Below are positions 20,706 to 36,699 of a stretch of DNA of 64,000 bases, piece after piece. The notes beneath the pieces were generated by a model. The model ran no database searches, had not been told where the DNA came from, and was given only the letters and a program-made list of their open reading frames with translations. Made by a program: the position numbers and the translations under genes. Within the stretch, counting starts at the first letter, position 1. Each line of letters begins with the position of its first letter. Source of the stretch: Schmidtea polychroa (Eukaryota); the NCBI GenBank assembly GCA_044892525.1, contig CM097888.1, positions 72,106,001-72,170,000 on the forward strand. The letters run 5' to 3'.

Positions 20706-22734
20706 TGGGATTTGCACTGGGTATCACAAAGGTTGTAATGTTTATATTAGAATAATAAATATTTATGTTAATTGATTTAGAGATATTTCCGCAATTAGGG
20801 GAAATCACTTGTGTGACTAGCAAAACTAATGTGTTTAAAGTGCAAGTCAGGAGTTTTAAAATTTAAAAAGGAGTTTTTGAAGTTATATTTGGATCCTTTA
20901 TAAAATCTTTAATTTGATATATTTGTTGGTGAAAATAAAATTTGAACAGAATGCATGAATCCAGATAACGATATTTGGTAAACGATTAGTTCATCGAAAA
21001 CAAATTAGTCGAATGATCAATTCACTGATGAACTTACCCGGGAATCATTGAAAATACTTTTCTGATTAGATCACTCCCTAATGTCAACGTTATATATCTA
21101 ATCTTTCTCATTTTACCAGTAACTATGACAACATCCTAGAGGTCGTTCTTTGAGCTTAAACTATCTGCATATTTCAAAGTTACAAGATAGACGAACAGCT
21201 TTAGCCAATCTTAGCATAGAAAACGAACATGCGAAGAAAACCTACGTTGATGAACTTGTTAACATTTGTGCAGTGAGAAAGCGTCGCAGAAAGAAATTCT
21301 GTACATATTGTAGAATGTATATTGTAGTTGATTTTTATTAAACAACCAAACTGGCTTAATTAAATGTTTAAAGAATAACAGCGCGTTTACCGGCAAATGA
21401 ATGTGGGGGCTCGAATATAAAGGTTATATGGGACCTGTGCTGAAAAATCTTTATAATTAGATTTCAAACATTCATATCTCAAATCTCAATCCCGAGATTT
21501 GGGATTGATGTCAATCTCGATATTTTGCGATTTTAATAGTCATTCTGCTCAGATTTTTATTTATAATGCTTGAATTAATATTTGCCGATGAAAGGTATAT
21601 TTATTTTTTATATCATTTATTTTGTTTGGTGTTTTTACTTTTGAAATATTTTGAATTGAATTATGAAAAAAACTCACCTTAATTATGAAAGGATCTTCAT
21701 GATAATTTTTATGTAAATCCAATAATGAACTTTAATCGAATTTTATTGTTTCTTTATCAATTTTATTATGATTATATTATGATTATTATTAATTATTATT
21801 TTATTTATTTCGTTAAAGCTTGTGGATACTCATTCTCAGTGCGGTGATTAATGAATGATCATATTCGATACTTGAACAGTAATCACTGAAAAACTCGAGC
21901 TTCCTCAGTAGTCTCTCTCACACGATCTGCAATCAGAAGCACGCACCCAAGTGATTTATGCGAAAGTCCAAAAGTAAGGCCAGTAATAAAATATCGTTAC
22001 ACTAATGTAACAAGACTAGACGTAGAAGTGCTCACTGTAAGTTATAAACAAATGCCTCTAGTTCGAATTTCTGCTGACAATCTCTGCGCCAGCTAACTTC
22101 TCTATTCCATGTTTGATTACCTCTGCCGAGCTACTGAACACTCCGTAATTTAATATTCAATATCGACCTAGATTTTGACCAAGATCACTGTTTTTTTTAC
22201 TTCTTCATATAAACAATGTCTCCCTACTGTATGTGGAAAAAATTGTATCATGGAAAACAAATTTTCTTTCCAACAATAAATTTTTACCAATTGCCGCAAT
22301 AAAGTGTAACTGTTTTCTGCTCATTTTCATCTGTTTCTCAAACGTAAGAGGACAATTAAAATAATTTCATTACAATAAATATGACTTAAAAAAACAATTT
22401 TCATTCACAGCGCATTTTAATTATTCGATTTTTATTATACCAAATTAAATTTATGCTTCATGTTTATGTCACGTGAATTCAAATTAAATTGGAAGTCAGA
22501 TTTTTCCAGAAATATTCATAGATTGCATAATTAATTTTTATTGATTAAAGTGTTTTCTCAAGTGTAAAAATCTATTAAACTTTANNNNNNNNNNNNNNNN
22601 NNNNNNNNNNNNNNNNNNNNNNNNNNNNNNNNNNNNNNNNNNNNNNNNNNNNNNNNNNNNNNNNNNNNNNNNNNNNNNNNNNNNNNNNNNNNNNNNNNNN
22701 NNNNNNNNNNNNNNNNNNNNNNNNNNNNNNATCT

Positions 22735-23350
22735 CGGCAACATTGATGTCTTGATGTCGTATCACATCTACCGAACCAAAAGATCCTATTAAATGTTTAG
22801 AAAAGAAATTAAGAGAAAGCAACTTGTTAATAAAGGAAATAAATACCGAGAATATCATCAAACCTTTTACTGTTATCCTCGAGAACACCTGTTTTACCTT
22901 TGAACAAAATGTATATAAACAAGTTAAAGGTCTGCGTATGAGTTCTAACATATCAGGATTGTTAGCAATCGTCTTTATGGATAATCTCGAACGACAAACA
23001 CTGAGGACCATACAATCCATCGGAAGAAATATTTAATACATTTAATGCGGCTCACCGAAATATTAAGTTTGAGATGGAATATCCGGAAGAAGATGGATCC
23101 CTCAAAAATACTGGATTTAAAAATTAAAATATAAGTAGATACTCCAACATACGGGTTCTCCAGAAAACCAGCTCGCAAAGAAATATTTATTCACCAAAGA
23201 TCAGCGCTTCCATACTTACAGAAGGTACATGTCATAAAAAAGGAGAAACAAAGGTAGACAATCGATGGACTGAAAAGAACGAGAATTGTAAACAACAATT
23301 AAACTTCAACGAAATTCTACACAGAAATGAATATCAAGGACATTGAAAGA
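22735..23350 (+). mobile_element. Penelope-like RT remnant (second family)
   Basis: FTFEQNVYKQVKGLRMSSNISGLLAIVFMDNLE, FEMEYPEEDGSL and RKPARKEIFIHQRSALP fragments. Confidence 0.7.
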
Positions 23351-24399
23351 ATGAATTCTACCCCAAAAAGATCTAGGGAAAAAAACCAAAAAAAAAACTT
23401 TTTACCTAAATATCTCATTCATTAGTGGCATGCTTGATTTCAAGATCCTTAAAAAACTGAAATAAAAATACTTTGCTTTTTTAAACTTTGATCGATCACA
23501 CATTCAAACAGTGAAAAAATATTTCTTTCGTTTTGATATTTTTATAAATTATAAAATAAAGTTGTCTTAATTCGATTGTCTTAACTGCAAAAAATGCTTG
23601 CTAGCATAGTTTAAAAAGAAGCTAGTCCAGCGTGCAAGGGGTTATGTAGTATTTCGTTTTATGTAATTTACAATTAAACTTGTGGAAAAATGAGAGAATT
23701 TCGATTATCCTGCAATTTCTTGCCAAAGATTTAGCCCAATAATCGAAAATGCCGAATAATAAAAAAGTAATTTTAAAGAAACTTTTATAAATCCCAATTC
23801 GATATAAACAAATACCCGTTTAGTGTTTGTTTTATAATATCCGGTCATATTTTCGATCAATGAGTTGATTAAAAAGGTAGTTTTGTAATGGAATGAACAA
23901 TATTTATCATTTACAAACGAAAAATTCCAATAGTACAAAGATTACGTAATACTTATGGGTTAGAGGGTACTGGATGATTTTTATGACCATCTTAACAAAA
24001 AACAAATGCAAGTTATTCAAAATGCTTGTGTTCTGAGGATATTTGGAGTCAACTATTTTTTTTAATTTTAGAATATAGTCTGTTAAAAAAGTCTGTTATT
24101 TACATTAATATCCACCTCTTGCTTGGAGTTAATTCCTCCAATGCTTAATTAAAACTAGGTGTAAATCCATCTTATTTTTCATATATTTCAAAGAGAATTC
24201 GAAAATGCGAATTGCTTCCCCAAACGACTTTTTTTCAAACATGACTCTTTATACTAAACAATACTAAACAAATATAGTATTGAAATTAAAATAAATGAAA
24301 ACTACACCAAAATCAAATGAATAAATGGAAGTGAAGCACTATCTTGTCGTTGTTTCAATCCGAAAAATATAACATTTAAGAGATTGCCGCCTCCTTTCA

Positions 24400-24960
24400 G
24401 CTCTGCCGCCAAACTGTAGCCAAATGTATTGTGGTCACAGAAAAAAAAGAAACTTTTCTATCATCTGCTGAAAAGCTGAAGAAAACTTGTCAACAACGGA
24501 ATCAAATATTTTCAGCCGTTGAAAAAAACTTTTTAATTCTATCTCTTGTAACAATAGTCTTGTTCAATCTGAAATTCTAAAGTAAACGGCACTAAAATTT
24601 CTCAATCAACTGTTTCAAGAAAATTAAAGGAAATGAATATAACGAGAAAAAGACTTCTTTGGTGCCTAAAGAAAGAAACACGACCGAAAAAATAGACGCT
24701 CGTGCCGTAAATTCTATAGAGCTATCACCAGTAGCCGATGAAAATTTAATTTTTTTAGGCAAAACAGGATTTAACCTCCATACACAAATATTGTATGGCT
24801 ATTCATCCAAAAATACCAAAGCATACGTCACTGTTCCAACAAACAGAAATATAAACAGAAGCTTGATGTGTTCCATTGGTATTGATGGAATCATAGCCTA
24901 CGAATGCAAGGTTGGAAGTTTCAACTCTGAAATATCTCGCAATGTCAAGGTTTCTTTAAA
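24400..24960 (+). mobile_element. IS630/Tc1-like transposase remnant
   Basis: LIFLGKTGFNLHT..YGYS...KAYVTVPTNRNINRSLMCSIGIDGII matches the DDE_3-type IFIDETGFN segment, with the catalytic DE lost. Confidence 0.65.
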
Positions 24961-27900
24961 AACACGAGACGATGGCTTGAAAAAGCACATCATAGAGAGA
25001 CGTTTATTTGATTAAAAATTTGTTGTAGTTTTAGTTTTTCGACTTTTTATTTTTTTTTATTAAATCTATAAAATTGGATGCATGTTAATATAAAATTGCA
25101 TAACCCTTTAAATAATAGCAAATAAAAGTTAATATAAAATTTATGGATTTAAAATTTTACATTATTCTTATCTAAATAATATTAAATTTCTAACTTGTTA
25201 TCATCATTTTTTTACCCGGTAGTCTTTTCAAAAAAGACATATGATCGAACGGTACTCAGTTTTACTGTACTTCTCAAGGTTAACCCTTTCCTATCTTCTT
25301 TATTTATGTGTCCCGCCCGTTCCAATCCTAATAAAATTTTAAAATATTTTCAAAAAAATATTAATATTATTATTATTATTATATTATTATTATATTTCTA
25401 TTAGCAATTCCTCTGTGAAGAACAACTGAAAGAATCTTTTTACAGACATAGGATAGAATTTTTTTGTCATATTTTTATAGACACAAGATAGGAAATGGTT
25501 AATACTTGTTTACATATAAAGTAAAAGAAAAGAAAACTAATATAAATGCTGCAATTTAAAAACATTAAAAAGATGAAATATTAAAAAAAACAAAATTCTC
25601 ATGGCGACGGAATAACAAAGATTTAATTAAAAACATGAGAAAATGTAGTAACACAAAAAACCAGCCAATAATAAATGGAAATAAAACACAATCAAATAAT
25701 TGGCTGTTACAAGAAAATTTTTTTGGTCGTAGCATAAACGGGGGAGAAGGGGAGAGGGTAAAGTTGATTGATTGAAACACGACCATGTCATTCGAGTTAG
25801 ACTGATCATAGACAGAAACAATCAAAATTTTATCATCTTAGCCTTTTTGGTAGTTAATTATTACATTTGAGATCATATTTGTCTGATAGCAATAATGTGT
25901 ATTTGGTCGCTCTCGAATATTTAATTTTCCTGCTCGATATTTCTTTTAGTTCTTTTAGTTTTCTTTTCAGTCAACTGCACTCTCAAGTGTTCAAGTGGTT
26001 TCCATCTAGTCTTCATTCAACCTTCATTCTTACGCACATTCCTCATTTGTCACCTTCTTTAATTTCTCGAGAAAACTTATTAAAATAAACTAATGCATAA
26101 TAATATAAACTGAAATTCACATTTTTATTAAAAATACATTCATAAAGTTTTTGAAAGATATTTAAAAGGTTTTATGAAAATGCAATAAATTAAATTATTT
26201 GATCTAAAATAATTTCTTAAGAAACACAAAGCGTCCAAAGTTGAATCTCCCATTCTCGTTCCTCTTTTGGTAACAAAATCTGTTGTAATGGAGAAATTCC
26301 GCTCATTTTGCGTAGAAGTTGGTTTAATGGTCAGAACTTCAATTTGACTCTGTGACCGAATTAATTAATGTTATTTATAACAAATTGAAATAAATATTTG
26401 CAGAGGCCTCGGATTTGCTTGATTATAGCCGCTTTCCACAGCGAAGGCTTGTAAATGAATATTTAAATAAAGGGATGAAGCCGACTCCGCCCATCCCCAT
26501 TTATTAAATTACAAATAAAAAAATAAAGTAATAATTGTTCAAATATCGCCTCAATTGTCATCATTTGAGATTTTTTGAAAATAACTCCATCTTGAAAATG
26601 AGAAAAAAATATTGACGAATTCATTTTATTCGCATCGTAAAAGTTCAACCAATCTCAAAGATCTTCAACTGTTGCAACAACATATCAAAACATCCTTGGA
26701 AATCCATAGTATTTATGTTATTGGAACTCCCATTTCCCGAAAATAAATGTTTCTGTTTCTAAATTTGTTTATAAAAAGATTTTCAAAATCTCACAAAAGG
26801 TTCAATTTCAAGGATTTAGTTACAAAATAACTTTATTAGTCATGCACATTATTTGCATCTGCATGTTTCAGGGAATGATGTGAGAAAACATTTTCACATC
26901 GATATCAGATAGCTGTTTCTATTTATTTTCCATAACTATTATTGAAAATCTGATAATTTCTAAGTAGATTTAGTAAAACGAATTAATTGTGATAAGGTAA
27001 ATCATATTCATCTTCAAAAACATGGATATCTGCTAGTTGGAAACATTAAATGTATCATGTTGGTAAGGCATGTCTAATCTTATGATTTCAATTTGTTTTT
27101 TTATAGTAAACATGTTTCAAATCCAGAAACCTCCAGAATGGTAGTAGACCTATATCTGATGGGCTCACATTCTATTAGTATAGATCAGTTTTTCTCAGAC
27201 TTTTCTCGCTCACGGCACACTCAAAAATTTAAAAAAGCTCGCACACTTGCCCAAAAATCAAAATTTTTACAAATTTTTTGATTTTCCAATGATATAAAAA
27301 GTTACTTTTTAGTCTATATTAATTAACTTTTTTGTGTACTCCTTTCTTTGGGAAATGTTTGTAATTTTGATCCACAGAAGCGGCTTATTCGTAGTAAAAA
27401 GCTTGTTATAGTTTTTGTAATTTTTTTTTATTACTAATTTTTTTTGGAAAAAAAGTCTCGCGGCACACCGTTTGAGAAACACTGGTATAGATGATATTTT
27501 CCTGGTATTTAACAGTAAGGAACGTATTATCATTTTTGTATTATTTGAATAATATACATAGTAATACAAAGTTCACCTTCGAAGAGGAAATTAATTTTAA
27601 AATTTCGTTTCTTTATTATTTCTTTATTAATTTTTATTAATTTTATTAATTTTATTATTAGATTTATTAATTGAAAAGACAGAAACGTATTTTAAAAACG
27701 AATTTTATAGAAAAACAACTGATACTGGTCTATATAAATTACTAGATTGTTTTTGGGAATAAAGTATAAAAAACATGATAGTGGGATTGGTCTATCGTTC
27801 TTGGAGATTACTGTCTACTTAATGTAAATATATTAATAGTAAAAATAAATTGATGAAAGTAATGTTGTATATTTTGTCTTTCTTACAATGCATGATATGA

Positions 27901-28122
27901 AACTGTCGATAAGTGTATTGATAAGTTGAATTAGATTGACGACATAATTTTACCTCGTGTTGATTTCTTTAATTTGCATGAAAGTGTTCAGTTGATTAAT
28001 ACGGAAAGGAGTAATGGATATGATTGATAATTCTCAATTGAATAAACTTTTAGCAATAATGCTAAATTTGATAAAATAAATTAAAGTGATTTGTCTGCTG
28101 GTGTTGGTTCTACTATAGTTTT

Positions 28123-28427
28123 AGGGCTGTCCATAAAGTAAGTCACGCTATTTTTGACCATTTTGAACCACCTCCCTCCCCTAGTCACAAATCTCGGACC
28201 CCTCCACTAAAGTACCTCACACTTTCGAAGAATTTTTTTTTAATTAATACCTAATTAAAATTTATTCTAAATATAATATATTATTTCATAAATTTTACTA
28301 ACTAGAAAAAATAGAAATAAAATTAAAAAAAATTAAATACATGGCCTGAACCCTCTCCTCCTCCTGTCACAAACTGTCACATTTTCTTACACCCCTCTGG
28401 AGCGTGACGTACTTTATTGACGCTTCT
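28123..28427. mobile_element. MITE with about 25-bp imperfect TIRs (Harbinger-like ends)
   Basis: GTCCATAAAGTAAGTCACGCT versus the right-end reverse complement GTCAATAAAGTACGTCACGCT. Confidence 0.6.
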
Positions 28428-28519
28428 GAGGATTTTACAAATTTTAGATATATAAAAAATATTGGAAGTATTAATGTTAAAATTTCGAAGTCTTGTATAG
28501 TTCGTGATATGTTTAATAA

Positions 28520-28830
28520 TAAATCTGTGACATCGTTTGGTCTATGTTCTTTTCACGTATGTAGTTTTACTTGTAATGGGTGTAATGCAACATACATTAG
28601 ATAGACTGCCTGTCATCTCTGTACACGAGTTCGAGACCATGTCCGATTAAGTGGAAAAACAGTAATATTATTGAGCATATTAAGACATGCAAATAAAAAA
28701 TAGACATTTCCAATTTAAGTGTTATCTGAGTATTAAAAACTATTGGGAAAGTAATAGGTGTGAAATCTTGATTATCAAACCATGTAACCTAAATATCAAC
28801 ATAAAAAATGCATTAACCATGTTTATTTTA
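28520..28830 (+). mobile_element. Penelope GIY-YIG 3' remnant, same family as 10493-10900
   Basis: FTCNGCNATYI...CHLCTRVRDH, clearly similar in DNA to the 10515-10820 ORF. Confidence 0.7.
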
Positions 28831-31800
28831 ATGGTATTACATTTTCCCCCATTATATTTCCGTATCTAAGTATTTTGCGTATCATTAGAATTTGTACCAG
28901 AATTTGAATTAGTCAATTATGATTGTCAAAGCTCAAAATATAATTTATTTTAATTTAATACAAATAAAATTTAATGTATCACTCGATCTATAGTATAAGA
29001 ATAATCAGGATTTTACTAAACGTGGAATGTTTAGTAGTAAATAAATATTTTCCAATATACCCAGTTTTGAACTTTTCTCATTTATTTATTGAATTAAACA
29101 ATGAATCTTAATAAATTAAGTACGCATCATTTTTAAAAATAACATACATTTAAAACATACGTTAAAAGGAGAATATTATTGTATCAAAATCTCCAAGGAG
29201 TTCATAACAAAATTATTTAGTATTCTTTTTTAGAAAAAATGCAATCGTCTACTTATTATTGATAGTAAACTCAAATATATCTTTCTGGTTAATAGTGAAC
29301 TCATCAGATTTATAAACATTTTCCCTTTAAATCTTTAAAATAAATCATAATACAATTACAAATCCACGTTATCTTGTTTAATCCAATTTCAAAATGGCGG
29401 CTTGTAATGGTAGACAAATTAAATTCCACAACTCTGCATTTAAAAGTTCAAAGCATCATAGTAAAATGTACAAATTAAACAAAACGATTTATGAAAAAAT
29501 TGTTATGATACAAATGAATACTTACCAGACAAAGATTAGAATTATAATCTGACTCATTATTCCCAAAGAAAATGAATCAGTTCGTATCCAATCCCATCAC
29601 CGATGTCGAGCTGTGTGTTGTCCATATTGATTGGAATATAATCGAAGCATTCAACTAATAATTATTTATTTCTTCATTATTAATAATTATTTTCTAATTC
29701 GTATTCATGAAAATTTCAAAATATTCTATTAACTGGTTTCGAACATTTAAATCAGTCAAAATAATTTTGGTGATATTTGAATGAATTCATAATTAACATT
29801 AACTTAGTGAGGCGTATCCTAGAGATGGCTTGGAATATGGAGCAAATTTCGATATTAAATGATTTATGCATTATACCAATCACTTTTTCTTAAAAGATGA
29901 AATGCTTCATATAGGAAATAAACAATAATATAATGCTAAACAATGTACCAGAATACCGTTTAACAAAAGCATAGCTATAGAAGTGAGGGAAGGGTGTAAA
30001 TTGGTCTCTTAGTGTATTTAAAATAGATTAGTTGTAATTGAAAAGCCCTGAATATATCATTGTTCCATTTATTTATATTTCTCTCCTGTCTAATTTTTAT
30101 TTGTTTTATCAGCACAGCATATTTGTATTTTTATTTTACAAAAATGTATAACACAGTTATAACCAGTGATGAACTGACAATTTTTTTACAAATGGCTCAG
30201 TAGAGGATTTTTGAGGAGAATGCCCTATGGGATATTTGGCTTAAAAAAAATTCTTTATACTTTTCTAATTTTTTTCTCATTAAAAGCTTTAAAATTATTT
30301 TTAAATAAGCAAAGTAAAATTTATTTATTATTAAAAATAATAATAATAGAAATAATAATAACAATATTAATAAAAAAGTAATAATAAATTCTAGATTTTA
30401 TCAAGTTAAAAAGATCAGTGGTGTACAAAAATTATTTTGTTGTCATAGTAAAAACAATCCAATAACCTATCAAAAATAGTACTTTAATCAGTAAATCTTT
30501 AGAATAGATTAACTATCAAGAAAGATAATAAAAATGATAACAGTTGAATATTTTTAAAATATTTTACAAAATATTTTACATTCAAATTAAAAATTTTTAT
30601 AATTTAAAAATAAAAACTTACAAAGTATTAAAATAGGAATAATTGTTAAGAGAAAAGATGTATGGAGAAAAATCAATTTATCAATCAAGATTTTTAAAAC
30701 TATTACTAACACCATAGTTACACTCATCAATATTTAACACAAAACGCAAACTTTAATTTATAAACGAATGATTAATAAATTTCAACCAAAAGTTTATCCT
30801 AGAATTACTATAAAATTGCTAAAGAATAGAATCAATAAAAATCTTCATTAAACATTAAAATTAATAAATTTACCTTATAAATCCTTAATTTACTTAAATA
30901 AACCACCACTAATAAGTCAATTTAAATATATTATTAATTTTTTAAAAGTAAAAAACAAAAAATTTAAAAAAAAATTATTTAAAAAATATTAACCCCCCAC
31001 TAAAGAAAAAAAAATTTTAAGCCAAATACTCCCCAAGGTCCTCTACTTATTTCAGTGCTTATAAGTATGATGATAATATATTACATTTTATTTTCAAGTA
31101 TAAATAGTGCACATATAATAATATATACTTACATTAAAACATAACAGTCATAAAATATTTAAATAATAATGGGTAATTATGAAAAATTTATTTTTCAATT
31201 TTTCATAGAATAAAATTTTTACATTATTAAAGTGTTCTGCAAGGTAATTTGGGTGCAACGATGCGACGCTTAGTTTGCTCACCGTGTGAAGCTGGCACTG
31301 GTAATAAAAATACAAAATTAGAAATATTATCTTTTAAATTAAATTTATTATTATTATCATATTCATAAAAATTGTCATAGACAACATAAAACTTTATACA
31401 AATGGTTTATAAACCCCTTTAAAAAGAATAAATTAAAGTAAAAAATGAATTAAATTAAATTTAATTAACAAATTTTAGATTTAAATAAATAAAACTCATC
31501 ATTCTAACTATGTTTTAGACCATTTTTATCGAATGCGAATTTCATTTAACAGTATTAAATTAGCAATTAAATAGCTATTCAAACGGATTAAGATTCACAC
31601 AGATTTTCCAAGATTGTCGCTACCAATGTTTTCATAAGCCTGAATCACCAGCATCGCAATGTTTTCATTACTCTCACTGACCTGAGAGAGTTATGGCAGA
31701 GAGTATCCCTTACATTTCACAATTGAAAAATCGCTTTCATCGTGTGAGTAAATTTTTTTTACTAAATCTGACAAATATTATAAAATAAAAAAAATATGAG

Positions 31801-34800
31801 TTCACGCTCATGATATGGACAGTGATTTTTTTGACATTTTAAAATGGTGTCATATTTTTGGTAATGTCATAATTGAATGATTGATACATTGAAACCCAGC
31901 AGACCGTAATGTCCAGAAATTGTTATCAATCTACACGCCCGCCCTGGAACTTGTTAATAAAAAAACTGCAAATTAATTTTTCCTCCTTTACTGATTCGTG
32001 TTTCGGTTTCTCTTTGCGCGCGCGTGAATAGGTTTGTGTTTGTGTAATTACAGAAATTTGTAAATGTTATCTCAGGGTCCACACGAAGTGAAAGTATCTA
32101 TGTTGACATTCGAATCTGGGTTTTGTTATCGTTTACCGTATTGATTTCAGTTTATTCTATTTGTTTACTCAATATGTTATTTTGTTTAAAATCGTTGAGA
32201 TTTTTAAGCTTTAAATTTTTATTTTCAAATAATTAGATTTAATGATGTAATAAAACTTTGTTTTAATTATTAAAAATCTCTACAAAAATAACAGATATAT
32301 ATTATCAGTTGTTGTGATAAAAGTTGTTTGGAAATTTAATTATCTGTTAAATTTCTTTTAGATTAAAATTTCATCTCTTAATTTCTATTTTTGATATCAA
32401 TGAAATTATCGATTTTCACATTTTTATTATTGATATATGACAATAATCTACATTCACTAATGCCTTATGCGCTTTATTTTTCTGTTATATTTTTAAGGAT
32501 TATTGGTAAATTTAACGCATAAAAACAGTATGGAGTGTATTCTTGTCAAAATTTAAACATAAGTTCTAAGCACATGCTTTTCAAGAATTTTTTTAATTTT
32601 ATTGAGTTAAATGATTTATATCAATTAAGTTGAATATTAATAGAAGAATAGTTTTTTATAATAAATATGGTCTTGGAAGATAATCTCATTAGGACATTCT
32701 AATACCGGCTTGATGAATTTGGTGCTTGCCAAATTAGAGGTCATGTGAAGTGTTCAGTGTCGTACTATCGCAAGTTCAACAAGTGCAATCGCCCTCAAAT
32801 ATTAAATACATTAGAAAAACTTCATTAAAATCAATAAAAATGAATGCGATAAAATTAAAAAAAAATTTTTTAGTGTCTAAAAAGGGCTCCCCAAAGTTAC
32901 AGCACGGCGCTAGAAGTGATAATAAAAAGTTTTTTTCGATTCTTTGAACTAATTATTATATACGAAGGGAAAACGTGGAAATATACGTAACACCACATAA
33001 AGCTTATTTCTAGAGTTTTTATTCTATTTATGTAATCAAATAATTGGGTTTATTTCGCTTTCCATTAGAATTTATTTCTGGAATTTCTCATAAACCCGTC
33101 TTCTCCTAAAATATATGGTTGCTTTTCAAAAATTCAGCACTAAGACCAGGCTTTTAAAAATGATATCAATTAACATTTTCTTCTAATATTTAATTTTTAA
33201 ACATCATTACACGCCATTAACACAATCACTGTCCAAATAATACAAAAATTTAAGAAGACAAAGTATTTTATAAGTATGGTTCAGTAAACTTCAATGTGCA
33301 TTTTATTCAAGTTTATTGTGATGAGAATTTTAGTTTTCCTTTTCCGTACTAACGTCCAGGAGTTCACAATCCGCGGATCATATGTCACTCATGGAAAGTG
33401 AAATTGTTAATCAATAAAAATATATAAATCCAACAATATCAACAAAGGACGGAGGAAAAATTATTTCAATCAAAATCTTAGCCAGTAACAACATTCAATA
33501 AAATATCAGATTTAAAGAGACAGATCATAGATAGATCATAAAACAATTTAAAATTTGATATTTCCTATTTAAAATTTTTTATTTATGTCATTTAATCAAA
33601 ATTTCAAACCAATAAAAAGGCAGGAAATGAATTTAAAAAGAAGACCATCAAAACATTTGAAAATTGAAAGAATTAATTAATAAATTTCGAGAAATTGAAA
33701 AGGATTATCTGATAATCGAGATTTTATCTTTGCAGCAAAAAGCTTATCTCATCATTTATTGGTTTTTACATTTAATTTATGCTGCNNNNNNNNNNNNNNN
33801 NNNNNNNNNNNNNNNNNNNNNNNNNNNNNNNNNNNNNNNNNNNNNNNNNNNNNNNNNNNNNNNNNNNNNNNNNNNNNNNNNNNNNNNNNNNNNNNNNNNN
33901 NNNNNNNNNNNNNNNNNTCGATACTGTAATTGTAAAAAAATCTCATTTCATTACTTTAACAAAATATCTTTTTACTGGTTATTATTATATTTAATACAAA
34001 TTTTACGCTTTCCTCTTATTAAAATATCAATTAAGAATACTCTGCTTCAACAGAAGAATACCTGGTGTGGTTAGTGCTAGAGTATATGAGCACGATGTCA
34101 AGCAGATTAATGGTGCTCTACTTCTACTTACAAATTTTCTACAAATGGAAGATAATGACATGTCCCAGTTAGGAGATGTAATTTTCCTCACAAAACACAA
34201 TCTCACTTATGGGGCTTAGGTAATCTTTTACGATATGATAAGCCAGTGCAATTAACAAGTAATTACATATGTTGATCACACAGTTAATAAATGCTAGACA
34301 TGAAGCACCATTTTTGTTCTCATTTCCCTTACGTTATCTCAGCATGAATTGGTGGATAAAACTATTAACTTTAATAAATTAGTTTTAACAAATTTAATTT
34401 CAATAATTATTATTAATATTATTCATTATTTTAATTTAATTTCTAATCAAATTAATCAATTTTTACGCTATCACAAATTACTTCCCATGTGGTCTGTTAT
34501 GCAATGTAATTCTCAATCAAATGATTATTTCCTTACTACATTTTTGATGGTATTTCTCGTAATTCCAATTAACCCTCAAATGACCAATGTGGGTTCAATG
34601 GACACATTTCCGACTAAATGTCATTCAATTTTTGACAGTTTTAATATATTAACATATATTTTATATTTTGTAAATACTAATAATGCTAATAAAATAAATA
34701 ACAGTAAATATTTGTATTTTTTCGGGATTTTTAATAGTCTCTTTTGTGTCCAATGGACACTTGTTAGTGGATGTGTTACAAATATAATTCGACAGGTTGA

Positions 34801-35973
34801 GGATTAATATCGCTGTGATAAAATGTGATATCAATTTCGAGTGGATTGACTGAAAAAACTAAAACTACTTTCATTTCCTAATTATGTTTCAATCAACATA
34901 AAATACGTTATCCAATGTCAAAAAATCACAAAAACAAGTCCACAAATTAATTTACATTTAAAATGTCCTTATAGTGAAATAAAATGGAGTCTTTTAAATA
35001 TTTTTGGGAAATACTTGATCTTATTATATTTTTTAATAGATATAAGTCGAAAATCTTTAATCTCAAGACATAGACAATGTTATAGATCTGGTTATATGCT
35101 TGACCAAGTATAGAAGAAACTTCATTTAAGATGTTATATCGGCGTAATTTATATATTTAAAAATAGATGTTGGTTATTTTGGAAATCATACATTCAAATT
35201 TCAAAACATCCCTGTAATAAAACAAATAATTTTTGCAATAAATATGTTGAAGAGTTAAGTTTTTAATAATAATGACCATTTCTCCTATTTAGCTTTTATG
35301 TCTTATAGCTTGCAATCACACAGTTTCAGCCAGTTAAAATTTTTTAATATTTTTACTTCAATAAATTTTTCTGTAAAAAATATTCTTACATCTTCTTTTG
35401 AATTTTGAAAGTTTTATCGCGCTTCAAGAAGTTTTGAAGGGTAAAAATAGAATATCTTCATATATGTTTATGAAATCTTTGAAGCTGTTCCGTTTCTCGA
35501 GCTTTTTTCAATTTTAAACTAGTTTCTGAGATTTCACAAAATATGTTAAACAATAAATAAATCAAGCTTAATTTAAAATAATATACAAATGGCAAAATTT
35601 ATAAGGGAAAAATTTACAATCAAGAAAGTATAATTTACAAGAATTTATCATAGAGAGATAGGAGCCGGAATAGCATAAAGTAACAATCAATTATGGAGAT
35701 AAAATTAAATTACGGACGATGAAATTATTTTAGTATTTCAGACTAAGTCAATTATTTATTATAAAAAAGGAGTGAAAGTCTCAGAAAAAGGCGTTAGATT
35801 CAAAATGTGTTATATGAGAAAAAACAGTAATAAATTTGGATTAGAATTTACAACCGATGAAAATTTAAGCGGCATGAGAATATTGCCATTTTGTTAAAAG
35901 CCGACCTGAACACTTTTAGAGAGGCCTGTCATATTTATCTGGTTGATTCCAGATTGATCCTCTACCTACCCTA

Positions 35974-36385
35974 CATGGGCGTCCGCAGGAATTTTTCCAA
36001 GGGGGGGGGGGCAAAAATATTATTTTTTAACAAGTAGACAATTTTTCTAAGGGGAAGAGAGTTGAAAAAATTTTCATGTGTTTAATAAATATTTGGGGCA
36101 TTATACAAAATAGGACTTTTTTTTATTAATTTACAAAGTAGAACACTTTTTTTAAAACCAGAACGACAGTTAATATTGAAAGTTTTATACAAATTAGATT
36201 ATTTGAAATCATTGATTTCCAGATATACATTAAAAAAAACAGGAAGCCTCTTTAAATTAAATTTTTTATTAATTTTTTTTGTTTTGTCTTGTATTTTTCC
36301 AACATTGTTTGAGCACATCTATTAAAATGTGTCGAAAATTAATCGAAAAATAGAATGGTTTGGGAAATTCAGGGGGACGCCCATG
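35974..36385. mobile_element. hAT MITE
   Basis: 11-bp perfect TIR CATGGGCGTCC and 8-bp TSD CTACCCTA (35966-35973 and 36386-36393). Confidence 0.9.
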
Positions 36386-36699
36386 CTACCCTACTTTATA
36401 TCTTAACCCTTTCAATCTGATTTTTTTTAATTCATGAAAATTTTATTTCACAAAAGATTTACCGACAACTAAGTATGGCGAAAAAGTTATGCAGGAATAG
36501 ATTTGTCGACGAATTTGTCTACGATTCCAATACATTCGTAAGAATTTAATACATTTTTAGCATATATCAGAAGTTCTCTGGGACGATATGTCCCAACAGG
36601 AAGAGTTGTTAAATAAATGAATCAAATCTATAAATTTAATTTTGCACTATAATTATTTGCTTGAATAATTATTTATAAGTCTTTATGTAAAAATTAAAA

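Noticed and set aside
20629-20720. U1 snRNA gene (ATACTTACCTGG plus TTGCACT)
   Set aside because: No U1 stem-loop I, no Sm site at the expected spacing, and the region is occupied by a hammerhead. Kept only as a low-interest observation.
29200-29640. Possible small spliced gene on the minus strand (strong GTAAGT donor near 29525)
   Set aside because: Two candidate exons join in frame, but adjacent junctions create stops and I recognise no homology.
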